Source of the DNA: Klebsormidium nitens
Taxonomy: Eukaryota > Plantae > Klebsormidiophyceae
Reading direction: 5' to 3'
Assembly (NCBI GenBank): GCA_000708835.1
Contig: DF237436.1
Location: forward strand, 1 to 64,000
DNA length: 64,000 bases
Shown: in pieces, positions 1 to 11,300 of the stretch
How positions within the stretch are numbered: the first letter of the stretch is position 1
How the letters are laid out: each line of letters starts with the position of its first letter
Program-made: the position numbers and the translations under genes
Notes under the pieces: generated by a model
Database searches by the model: none
Told to the model about the DNA's origin: nothing
Seen by the model: only the letters and a program-made list of their open reading frames with translations

Positions 1-782
1 TCAGTCAGGCCAGAGCTATCCATCATAGAGCCGCGCGAGCAGTTCAGAGCACATTAGGTGCCAGGCCATTGGCGTTGTCAGGTTTCGTAGGCCGTGGGGA
101 TCTCTTCACGGTCGCTGCTTCCGGTCGTATCATTGACATTTGAGGTGCTGTGGCACTCACTTTCTGACAATGAGTTGGCTTGGCCAACGCACTGCTTTGT
201 ATATTCCGATATTGGATTCAGGAATCTAGGTAACCGTAGTCATGCACATTGCAGAGTAGGTCACACAGCGGGCTCCTCCAGACACATGCCGACTTTCATG
301 GGGTCTCATCTTGGGGAGTTGCGTCCGCTTCAAAGCGGTACCGTATGCGGCATGCCAGTTTATCGGTTCATACAATCCAAAGATGCCTCTATCCCAAAGA
401 ATGTGTCGCTGGCAAAGTACGTACTAGTACCTATCCTAAAAGCGCACCACTGGAAAGGCTCAAGTTCTCTCATCAGTCAGAGCATGCACAACTGCCAATA
501 GCTTCTTCTGGCCTGCAGCAGCAACTGAACTACCAATCCATGCAATTGAAGAGGAGGTAGGAGCTCTCAGAGCCGCAGAAGGTTGTAATAGCAAACAGCT
601 CTGTAAGCAGCTGGCAAGCTCGAGCTCTCTGTCGTGATCAAGCTGATCGCTGTTGATGAAGAAATAGGATTTCCAATCGAGAAAGAACTTGCTACAGTAC
701 CTCAGGACGTAGATTGAAAGGACCAGGGCTTGATCTAACTTCTTCCAATTGTTGCAAACGTCCAAGGTAAACCGGCACCACC

Positions 783-3700
783 ATGGCAGGTCGTAGTCTG
801 TCCGCTCTGCTGCTGGTGACATTGGCTTTAGCAGCATGCTTTTCCAGTGCTGCTGCACAGCAAACTGTCTACCCTGACACAATCTCCTATCAGGTGATTA
901 TGAACAAAAGCTGTGCATGTCCTAAATTGACTCCATCTTCCTGCTTTCAGCTTTTTGTACCCCTCATGACAATGCAAACGTTTTTTTGTCAGATCAAAAT
1001 TTGCTAATAGGTGCAGAAGAGTCTTCTTCGATGCTTACCAACCAAGAAGACCTTGTGGAAATCACTGAACTTTGGAAGCTCAGTGTTCTGATAACTCCAA
1101 CTTGCGTAAAAAGTGATCATACAACTTCTCTTCAACAAGCTCCACTTTACACCCCTTACTGCGCCTTGAAGAGAAGCCAAGCTTCCTGAGCTGCATTCTT
1201 TTGCTGCTTTGCATATTATATGAAGGAAATGGGTGCACCTCCAAACAGGCTCATGGCCGTGATGACATCAGGCAGTGGCGCTCTGACATCATCAAGGGCA
1301 CAACTGTGTGGAAGGTGGACTTCAACTTCCTGCCCCAGGTGAGCCTTCCCCTCAAAAGGCCTTCATTGTTCAGAGGGTATTTGTCCCTTCTAGTCAACAT
1401 CTCCTCTACTTTGAAACAATCTTCCGAATTAGGAGTTTTTGCAGCTAGCGTCCTGCCAATTTCTGCCATTTCTTAGTCTCCATTCTGCTTCGAAAGACTT
1501 CACTTCCTCTATCAGTTCTCCTAAGCAAACGTAAAAGGGTCACGTTGCCATTATTAGAGATTCTTACTCTGCTGCAATACTCAACAGCTTCCTCGAAAGG
1601 AAGCAAAGCAGTCCTTTCTCCTGACCCCAGCATTGCATGCCTGTATCGCCAGGTCTGGTGCCAAAACCAGCCCAATGTGGCAGATCCCAGCGACCCAAGG
1701 GGATGCATTCTCCTCGTGCACAGCCAGACTGCTTACAATTTTGGGGACAGGGGTGGGTACTCTCTGGCTGAGCCTGACCTCAAATATTTGACGTATAAAT
1801 GCTACTTCTGTATTCTGTCATGCTGTTCTTTTCCTCGCTGTCTGGGACGGCATTGCTTTGAAGTATGCAAAGCTTACCAAATTGAGATATAGATGGTAAG
1901 TCTGCTTGGGCAACAGCTTTATCAATGGCAGTGGCCTCAGGGTGTTCTGATCAGGTCTTGAGGTGTTTTGTGACACCGAGGTGCCGAATTTCACACCAAA
2001 ACAACAAGTCAAGCGTATGTCCAATATTACATGCCAGGCAGGCATGCAGCAACCCCGCATTCAGTGTAGACCCACTTACTCATGCTTTGGCTTTACAGCA
2101 CCTTGCGCTGTCCTAAGTCATTGGTTTCTCATAAGTGCCTGCTTGTATGCGATAAGAACTGTGATGAGGCTGTTTCTTTGGCCTTGTTCACCAGGTCCCA
2201 ACAGCACCACAGACGTCCTCAACTGGCTGGCTGACCCTGCAAACAAGCCGCTCATCAGTATGGACAAGCCCCGTCAATACTTTGCTATGACTTTCCGAAA
2301 CTTCATCATCAACTGGGGTGGACGGACGCCTAAGGTGAAGCACTGATCTGCTCATGCTGGTGAAGCTTATTCCGTTTCTGGCTGCTGCAAGAGGTTCACA
2401 CCTGGGAGTCTGCCTTTCTGTTATCACCGCTCTAGCTCATCTGGAAGCTGGAGCTTGTCTCAGCTTCATATTTGCTGACGGTCTCGCTACCAAGTGCACC
2501 TTAACTGACAGGATTCACTTTTCCAAGTTGCAAGACGTCGGTTTGTGGCAACTCCTCAGGCCTCTGTTTAGAGGACATTGAGGGCAGCTGTTTGTGCACG
2601 TTGCTTGTACAGTCAGCTGAAATTCCATCCGATCGAAAAGTGGATTCGTGGTCTATCTGTTGGTAACTACCTTGTTGGCTTCATCTGTGAGCTGGAACCT
2701 CTACTTAATAAAAACATATAGGTTCCTAGATTTAAACAGCACAATGACGTATGCAACGTGCTCCTTCCTGAAGACGTTGTGTCTGATTGCAGAGCCCTTG
2801 TGACAACTCCACCGATTCGAACAACAACATAGCACTGTTTGACGACTTCTTCAATGCTGCAAACAAGGTCATCCAGGATAACAATCTGAATGTTGAGTTC
2901 TACATCGACCAGATTGCGGCGTGAGTCTATCATACGACAAACCACCTGCTTGCATATGCGCTCCTGTGTACATGCTCACTGTGCTAACTCTGGGGTCATC
3001 TCAACACAAAAGAAGTCTTGATGTGTGCTGTCACGTTACATTACTTTTTTAAGACTAACTGTGTGCTGGTTCCTGCAGCTCTGGCAATGCATCCTGCCTG
3101 GCTGACAGATGGCGGCCTTGGGTGAGGCGATGCCCTGGGTGTTCTTGGACGAAGGCCGGCTGATTTTGCTGCTGTTGGTCTTGTACTCAGCATGTCTTCT
3201 ATAATGTCATCTAGCTCTGATTGCTTGTCTGATGAAAACTCGCTCTGCGCCGACAGCGGCTGGGCTCTGCTGCGCTGCAAAACGGGGTGTAAGAAGCTTG
3301 GAAATCCATTTTTGATTCTAGAGACGGTGAGGGTAGATTAGCTGCTGCTGTTTTGTGTCCATTTAGAGCTTCCGCTTTGAGTGTGCAGGTGTCGAGCTGG
3401 GACAGAGGGGTGCTGGACAATCAGGCGCAGTCCAACACTTCCTCAAACGGTGACGACCGATTCCAGGTAATGGGAGCTAGTCTCAAGCTTGGCTTCTTTC
3501 AGGAGAACTGACCGAGCAACTGACGATGCTAGCTTTAATGTTGCTTACTTCGGAATTCGCAAAGGTCATCCTTGAAAATAGTTGACCATTGGATCTAAGC
3601 CGTTCGTGCGTTGGTGGGGTCACAGAGCTCCAAGGTAGCTCAACCCCCTTCATTCAGTATTTCCTGTGTGAATGCGCAAGTGGATATGTGGATCTCTTCG

Positions 3701-6700
3701 TCGTGTACAGGTCATGAATCGTGGCGAGTTGACGTCGCAATGGCAGCAGTTTGCCAACAACTCTTTCTTTAAGTTCGGCCAATCATCCTACCCACTCGTA
3801 CTGTACGAGGTGAGCGGATACTTCCAAACCTTGCGACAAATTAGCAACTTTACTGTCGTCCTTGGTTCACATTCAGATAAATCCAAGCAACTGGAGACCG
3901 ATCTCAGGCAACTCTGCAACGTTTCGCAGAGCTTTGAAGATGCTGATGCAGCGTCTGGAAGGGTTGACCCTTGCCATGGAGAGTCGCTTAGGGCGCTGGC
4001 TCTTCCCGCTTCGATCTTTTATGCGACCCCTTTTTCTAAAAGCAAGTGATGTTAAAGTACTGATCCAAGCACGTCACCGAAGGGTCAGATTGATGATCGA
4101 GATCGTTTGTATTAGGATTTTACCAAATCTAATTTTACCAAATCGAAGGTATTCATTCCGAGCGTCTCCTGTTCATGGCATGTCACTGAGCGACTTCTCA
4201 GCAACTATGACCACCCTAGATCTGATTGCTCTGGACTAACGAAAATAATGTTGTTGCGCAGCCCATCGACGAGCCACGCATCAACTTTTACCAGGACATC
4301 TACCTGAGCAGCGGACTCAATCACGTGCCAGGTGAGACACGCCATTTTTTCCAAGTACGTCGAGATCAATGAGCGAGGCACCCTTGATGGTCACAGTACA
4401 GGTTCCCTCAGCGCCTCAATTCTTAGCATATGAAAGTGCATTCGGCGGTTTCGTCATTGGTCGTCATTTGGCCGACTTCCTTTCGGCATGGAAAGTTTGA
4501 ATTTAAATCAGGCAACTTGCATATATTTCCTTCAAGCGCTTTTGAAAGGCGATCGCCGGTCCCTCTTGTCACCCCGCTTCAGCAACTCACATGCCAATCG
4601 CCCATTTTTCTTTCGAAGCCCACAGAGCTCTAGATCCGCCTCCCTTCTTCTCGGGCTGAGCTCTAGAAGTGGGGAAAATCAAGCACAACTTTTCTCACTG
4701 CCGCAGGGTTCCGCATCGCCACCAACTCGGATCCCGCCATGTTCAACCTGTACTCCGGCTCCCGGTCGAAAAAGACCGTTCATGTGCAGATCACCAACGA
4801 CACTGCCATCAACGTCAACAGCCCCGCCAACAACCGCGTCCTCGGCTACGTAAACTGGCCGCAGGTACGTCGTGCGCCCTCCGATGAGGATCTACCGGGG
4901 AAGTCTTTGGAGGATCCTCTTAGGATAATACTACTGAAACCCTCGCACAAGTTCGTCTTCGCTTCTTCTTTTGCGCTGTCTCACTCTTCGGAACCAACCA
5001 GGTACTCGCACGAGTTCGTTCACAGTTGTTTTTACGTTGTCTCGCTCTTCGCAGCCAACCAGGTACTGCAAGCTCGATTCTTTGACGCACGAGTCTCATG
5101 GTCGACTCGCTGCTTTTACTCTGAACTCGGTTGCAGAAACAGCCGTGTCTGAAAGCTTTAACAACCACATATTACGTAACTTGGTCTGCTGGTCAGGGGG
5201 AAAAGGAGCGGAACGACGGACGCTCTCAGTTTCCGCTTTCATTTTCTCAGCGTCATGCTCACTTTCTGGTTGTGCGCAGACGGTGACAATCCCGGGCAGT
5301 GGAAGCTTCACGATCGTGACCATCTACATTGACAACACCCAGACGTACCGTTACATCGCGCACTCTGCTCAGGCACCTGCTGACGTCAGCAACGTGGCGG
5401 GTCCGCTGCCCAGGTAGGCCCGTGCCGCAGCGTAGACACAAAAAGGCACTCATGACGGCTGTTGCTCATGTGCGCTTCAAGATGCTGACTTGCTTGCAGC
5501 TTCGGTGGACTGAAAATGGAGGGCAAACGAGAGATATGGAGCCCTCCTTTGAGCGACCTAAAAGTGAAATTTGAACCTCTTTGGTTCTGCCTGACGGCAA
5601 GACAGTGCATTCCTTTCTGCAACAGGAATCTCTGTTTAATGCTGACATTCATACATTGTTCCCTGACCTCGAAGCATTGGCTCCAACCTCTCGTGTACGA
5701 ACTCGAGTCTACCTCTGCTCCCGAAATTCAAGTGCAATTGGTTTCTTTCCCTCGAGTCTTGTTACGAGCTTCAAGCTCTTCCCTTCAGGGTAAAGATGCA
5801 GAACTACACCCAGATTGGCCGCAGCGCCTTGCCCTCTCCCCCTTCCGGAATCTTGACGTCCGCAGGCCAGGTCAATGTCAACGGCAACCAGCTCATCTGG
5901 GTTTCTAACAACACCGCCATGCTGACGTACAAGCTCGACGCCAGCACAGGTAAGCCGAATGGACACTGGACCCCGATACTTGACCCAATTTAGGAACCGA
6001 ATGACTCGCTAACTCGCTCCCAGCTCCCAGCAAGAAACACATCTAGGGCAGCTTTGCTTAACAACAGCTCTCAAACCAATCGTTGGTTCAGTCTGTAACA
6101 CGGACGTGGGCTTAGACCCCCAGACTTGCGCATAAATGGCTCTAATTCGGCGAGTGCTGCTTCCTGCAGATCCTCATTTGGGGGGCTGCTCCTTATCTTC
6201 AACTACTTACGGTTTTCAAGGCGATCTATCCTTAACGCATCACGTCGTTTCTTTTCGCAGGCAGCCTGACCTTCAACAGCGTCACCCTGTTCACGGCGAA
6301 CTCGACCACTGACGTCCAATGGGGCGTCGTGACGGCCATCCCCTTCCCCGGCGCGTCCGACGGGTCTTTGGCAGTAGTCAAGGTGAGCTTCCAAGCGTGC
6401 TCGCTGATCATACCTTCCAAGCGTGCTCGCTGATCATACCTTGCATAAGATGACTGATGCGTCTGATCAGAAGGGAGGTCTGCAAGAGAGATCTTACAAA
6501 TCGATGCTGCATTCAGCATCCGCAAATGGCTCGTAGGGTCTTGTATAGCAACGCAGATGAATCGCACTATCCCGATCATCATCGTGGAAGTATAGGCTAA
6601 GCCGCAGACGCAAAATTGTCTCGTGACGCGTTTCTTCGGTGTAGAACGGAGAAGAGTAGTACCCTCTCGAAGAGCCCAAGCTTCGTGTACGAATGTAATT

Positions 6701-9700
6701 AAAACACTTCTTCAAGCCAGTTCAAGCTAGCCTAACTGCGACGGCTTTTTGACCTCCGCGTTCTACACCACAATCCGAGCACACAGATCTGGACACTGGC
6801 TGATTGGTTTTGGTCCTTCTCCGCATCGAAGCAGCGCCTTTCTTGGATGCAACGCTCTGCAGGTCTCTAGCTCCCAAATTTTCACCTTCGCTTCCATCGT
6901 ACAGATGCTTCCGTAGACCTACCCTCCGAATCACTCCGCCAAGCATCCGTTTCTTTTCCCCCCCCCAGGTCACTGCGGGCGCGCTCGACAACAACATCCG
7001 GCTGCTGACTCCCTGCACCGTGTGGGCTCAGCTGTACAAGGTCAACCCCCTCGCCGCCAGCAACACTTCAGTGGCTGCCGCCTCCGCAGTAGGGTCCACC
7101 CAGTGCATCTCCAACTGGCCGGGACCCAGCCAGGGTTCTGGCGCCAAGCTGGCCGCGACGATCGTGCCGGCATATAACGGCTCTCGCTGCAACGGCGGTA
7201 TTGAGGTGAGCTTTGGTGGGAGTACGACGGACCGGAAGTGGTCTGCTTGAGGGGTAGCGGTGTGCGGAAGCAGCTTAGTTAGTCTGGGTCAGAGTCCGCT
7301 TTGCAGTTACCCTTCAAGTGTAGGATCTCCAAATGCTGCTCTGGTGTCCCGCCACCGTGGTCTTGTTCACTGCTGTTTGACTTCTCTATTTGGACGGGCG
7401 TACAAACCGCCTTGATAATAGAAAGTTCTGTACGTCCATTTAGAGTTGATTGTTGCCAGTCTGGACTTGAGGAGGAGTCAGCCCCTGAACGAAAAGGAAG
7501 CGACTACTAACGAACAGCCTCCCAATAGATGCTTAAAATGTTGTTGCATTTCACTAGATTTAGGAGCGCAGTGAAGTGAGATCAACCATTCTCGCGACCA
7601 ATGTTGCTGGAGTAGGATCCCTTTCAACCCCTCCTCTAAAGGTCCGTCATGCTGGGGCAGGTATTCGCGGCATACAGCGGCTACTTCTCGTTCAACATGA
7701 TCAGCATCGACCCCAAGGTCTACGCGACGCACTTCTGCATGGACCCCGCGGGTGAGGCGCTTCAATAGGCTCTGCTTACTTGCTCCGTAAGCGTTGGCAT
7801 CGAGCGGGGTGCATGGCAGCGAGCCGCCTGTTATTCTCTGCTGTCAATTCTCTGGGCGTCTTCCTAAAAGCTGAGATGTGGAAGCCAATGAGGCCAACGG
7901 GCCGATGATGGAGATAACAACTTGCGTCTGCTGGGGAAGGAAGTCAGTTGGCGAATGTGTGGGGAAATTGAGAAGGTGTGGCAGAGATTATAAAAAGGTC
8001 GTCGAGTTCGACGAACGGCTTGGTTTCGACGCAGGTGGAGACTCTCCCGCACCTCTGGTGCCTGCTTTGACTACGTATCCTCCCGTCTTCGCGATCGGCG
8101 ACTTCCCAAGTAAGTCAAGTACATGAAGGTCGCTTTCTGGATTGTAATAGTCAAAGAGAATTCATTTGAGCAGAAAGCATAATGTTTGGTGTACGAATCA
8201 ACTCCGGAAGCTTCTTTACGGCAGGACGCCTCTCTCCATCGTTGCTAATCTTCGACATGCCGAATCGATAACGAAGATCAAATGATCCGCCTTGCAATCA
8301 CGAGAGTTTGTTTTTGAAGAACCCTCCGCAGAAAGTCGTGCAAGGGATAACTCAGCGATGGCGACCCCAGCTTTGCGCTGAGGTGAGTACGTCGGCTTTC
8401 GGTTGACTCTTTTTCTGCCTGAGGAGTAGAAGCCTTTTCATATTGCAGGGTCACCGGATCTTATCACAAGCTTTTGCTGTGCAGGCGTGGCTGCTCTTGC
8501 TTACAATGGCCGCGCTGTCCTGGCTCTAGTCAACACCAACTCGTTTTGCTACAACAGCTACCAGCGCGATGACTCCCCGCTGGGGTAAGCTTAGCTTCTG
8601 TCCTACTTTCTGCGCACGCTTCTGAGCCTCCCGGTGTAGATTGAACCTGATTCGAACGGTTTGATCGCAATCTGGTGCCCACCATCAGCAGGTAGAGGTG
8701 CTGCATACATGAGTGACGTTTTCGCAGGTTCAATCGAGGTTGCAACGCGGAAAGCAGAGGGCTAAATGGTAGTGATTCTGAGACCCTTCAAAAGGGATGC
8801 ATGGGCTGTGATGAGAAGGAGGTTTGAAGAAGGTGCTTGAATGCTCGCATGAGATAACGCGCTGTGGTCAACATTTTGCAGGCTGCCCCAGATCTGCGAT
8901 GCCTACAAGCTTGGCTTTGGACAGCCGTCGGTAAGTCCTTTCTTTTTTGCTGACGTTTGGATGCTCTTCGAAAACGTTGTCTATCTCTTGCGCCCAAATC
9001 ATTGCTGGGCGCGGTGGTCAAGGCGGTGTTCATAACAATTGACTCATGTTGCAGAATGCAGAGGAGTAACACTATATCACTTGCACGTGCGATCAACCGC
9101 GAATGCAGTACAGACGTCGCTGCTGTCAAAAGATGCAAAGATCGGTTAGCATTTGCTGCATGTAACATTCCTCGGAAAGGTTTGCAGCATAGAGTCTGCT
9201 TTCTTCCCTTCGAAGCCAACACTAAACGACTAAATGTCCCATAAATCTCATCGAAATCTCATAAGGAAATCAAGGACAGAGCAGGCGCCATGGGGGGCTC
9301 CCATCTTTTCAACATACCGACTCGCTTGTTACAAACCTCTGTCGACCAACCTTGAGACGCACGGATGCTGCCGACAAATCTGACTCGAAAGATGGAGGTC
9401 TCTGTCAATTGTGTCATCAGCTCTTTGTTATTCTCAGTTGGGCGTCCTGGCGTACACGTACGGCTATGCGGACGTCCTGGTTCCGAAGCTCCAGGCCAAC
9501 ACGCCCAACGGCACGCTCATCACCAGTGCCTGCGACGACATGCTCTTGCACGGCACCTACGACCAGGTAAGTCGGAACACTCTTAGATCAGCTGGAAGCC
9601 CTTGATGAGTTCTGCGTGCCCAAATTGTTGATTGTTGAGTTCTGCGTGATTGTTGAATCCTTTAAGGGCAGGGCCGCGTGATGTACTTGCAGCTTTCTCG

Positions 9701-10519
9701 GTGGATCGAGCCTTTCCAGCCTTCTGGAAAGTCTAGTGAACTAGGAATTTGGTGTAGCTCATCTTTGCTCTTTCCAGTGACTTTCAAGGGGGGCTGGATT
9801 GTGAGTTCGAACTTGTACAGCAAACATCAACGTTGTCCGGGTGCTTTCGTGCAGGGGTATCAGCCCACCATTGCATTGGCCTACCCCGGGGGCCCCGCCC
9901 CCGTTGCCGTTGAAGTGCACGTTGGCATCGAGTCCCTTGGTAAGTCACTCCGCGAGGGAAGCCCATAGCAAGCCTTTCTCGCGTCCGAGCAATCTATCGG
10001 CCGTGTAGTGCAGCTCTTTGAAGTGCACAGGCTGTCCCCAAGGGCACTGATATTTTCAGAACCACCCGCACAATTCAAGATCTTGGCATGTTCGCGTGTC
10101 TCTCCGCGCTTCCGTCACAAGCCTTAAGCCTTCAATTTGCACGCCCTGAGAGTCCAAGTAAACCGCTCCGGCTGCCAGCGTCTGCTCCCCTTCCACTGGA
10201 AAAGTGCTCAGAGCGTGTTTTACGACATAAGGACCTTGTAGACTTCTTGTTCAAGCGATACGTTCGATCTGGGGGCCCAAAATGCTACTCGAAAGCAAGT
10301 GGCCGACTGTAATTCGTGACAATTGTGGTACTACGAAAAGATCTGGCAAAGGGAGTCGCAAAGGCGTCCCACTCAAAGCCACTGATCAGCTGACTGGGTG
10401 CTTCTCGTGCCGTTTTCCCAGCCCACGGCGACTGCGGGTCCCCGGTACCCTCTTCGGGTCTGGTACTCGACTCCTGGGTGCTCCCTCAGCTGCCCACTGC
10501 CGCGCCCGCTTCCTCTTGA
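783..10519 (+). CDS. Secreted ~765-aa protein, N-terminal PLC-like/GDPD-like phosphodiesterase-type region plus long Asn/Thr-rich C-terminal region (21 exons)
   Basis: Signal peptide MAGRSLSALLLVTLALAACFSSAAA. Phase-consistent exons: 783-893, 1249-1338, 1653-1752, 2195-2334, 2793-2920, 3079-3121, 3389-3466, 3711-3809, 4262-4331, 4707-4864, 5280-5413, 5789-5949, 6261-6382, 6969-7205, 7661-7751 (or 7307-7317 + 7642-7751), 8035-8109, 8485-8584, 8882-8930, 9438-9566, 9855-9939, 10422-10519 (TGA); total 2298 nt, all GT-AG. Motifs YQAHGR, KGTTVWKVDF, ILLVHS resemble the GDPD/PI-PLC TIM-barrel strands (AHRG, GADxxExD, VVxHD); many N-x-S/T sequons. Gene model well supported; family call is inference. 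Confidence 0.8.
4969..5067. repeat. Imperfect ~38-nt direct duplication (period 61) within an intron
   Basis: ttttgcgctgtctcactcttcggaaccaaccaggtact (4969-5006) vs ttttacgttgtctcgctcttcgcagccaaccaggtact (5030-5067). Confidence 0.8.
6388..6442. repeat. Perfect 26-nt tandem duplication just downstream of a splice donor
   Basis: cttccaagcgtgctcgctgatcatac x2 (6388-6413, 6414-6439) plus ctt. Confidence 0.95.
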
Positions 10520-11300
10520 CCGCAAGAAATCATGTTTATCACGAGTTGTCGACAGCTTTTAGGCGAGGCCTGAAATCCTGCAGGCACCTCGGTTGGGATT
10601 TTCCTTATTTATTGCGAAAACTACTGTAGCAGTGTTTGAGCGATGGCTGTTTTGAATTGTCCACTTTGAGTCGAGAAATCGGTTAGAATTCATGAACCAT
10701 TGTGCAATTACATAACGGCAATATAGCTAGCGGCCTCGTTTGAGGTAGTAGAGGTGACCCGGCGATCACGCATGAAAAACGCGAATTAACATGTGGGCAG
10801 GATGTACGTGTGCCATTCCCTATTGCAGTGACCGAAGGCCGTTGGCTGGAGCCACTGACCAAATTGACGGTTTGAACAACGTACTGTGAGTTGACCTCCC
10901 GCTCATAAATGTCACCAGATTCAGATGATGTGTGAAGTTGTTCATATAAGAGCGTGCGGAATAGCTCAATGAAATCGAGCTGAAACTTGGATACTTTATC
11001 AGGGAGGTGACGTGCATGCAGACACGCATCAATGTACGCATGGCCACTATTTACAGCATTCCGGCCTACTTCAAGTGGTCAAATCTCCTGGTTGAAGGAC
11101 TTGATACCGTCTACGTCAAACGTCCGCTCTGCACCTCTATATCAGCTCTGAAGCCTGCAATTTCACTCGGCAATCCTTTAAGTTCATAATAGCGGCTTAT
11201 AGAAAAGCTACGTGCTCGGACCAAGAGGATTCTACTCGCACGACAGGGTTTCAAAGGCGCGCGATCGGCCCCAATGTGCGCCTTGATCTCGTAGGGAAGC

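Noticed and set aside
5055-5062. 8-nt microexon candidate cag|CCAACCAG|gtact
   Set aside because: Flanking exons (ending 4864, starting 5280) already join in phase 0; inclusion frameshifts to a stop. It is better explained as part of the 4969-5067 duplication.
6170-6211. Possible 42-nt in-frame cassette exon in the secreted-protein gene
   Set aside because: Weak donor (GTTTTC) and would leave only a 49-nt intron, much shorter than the others here.
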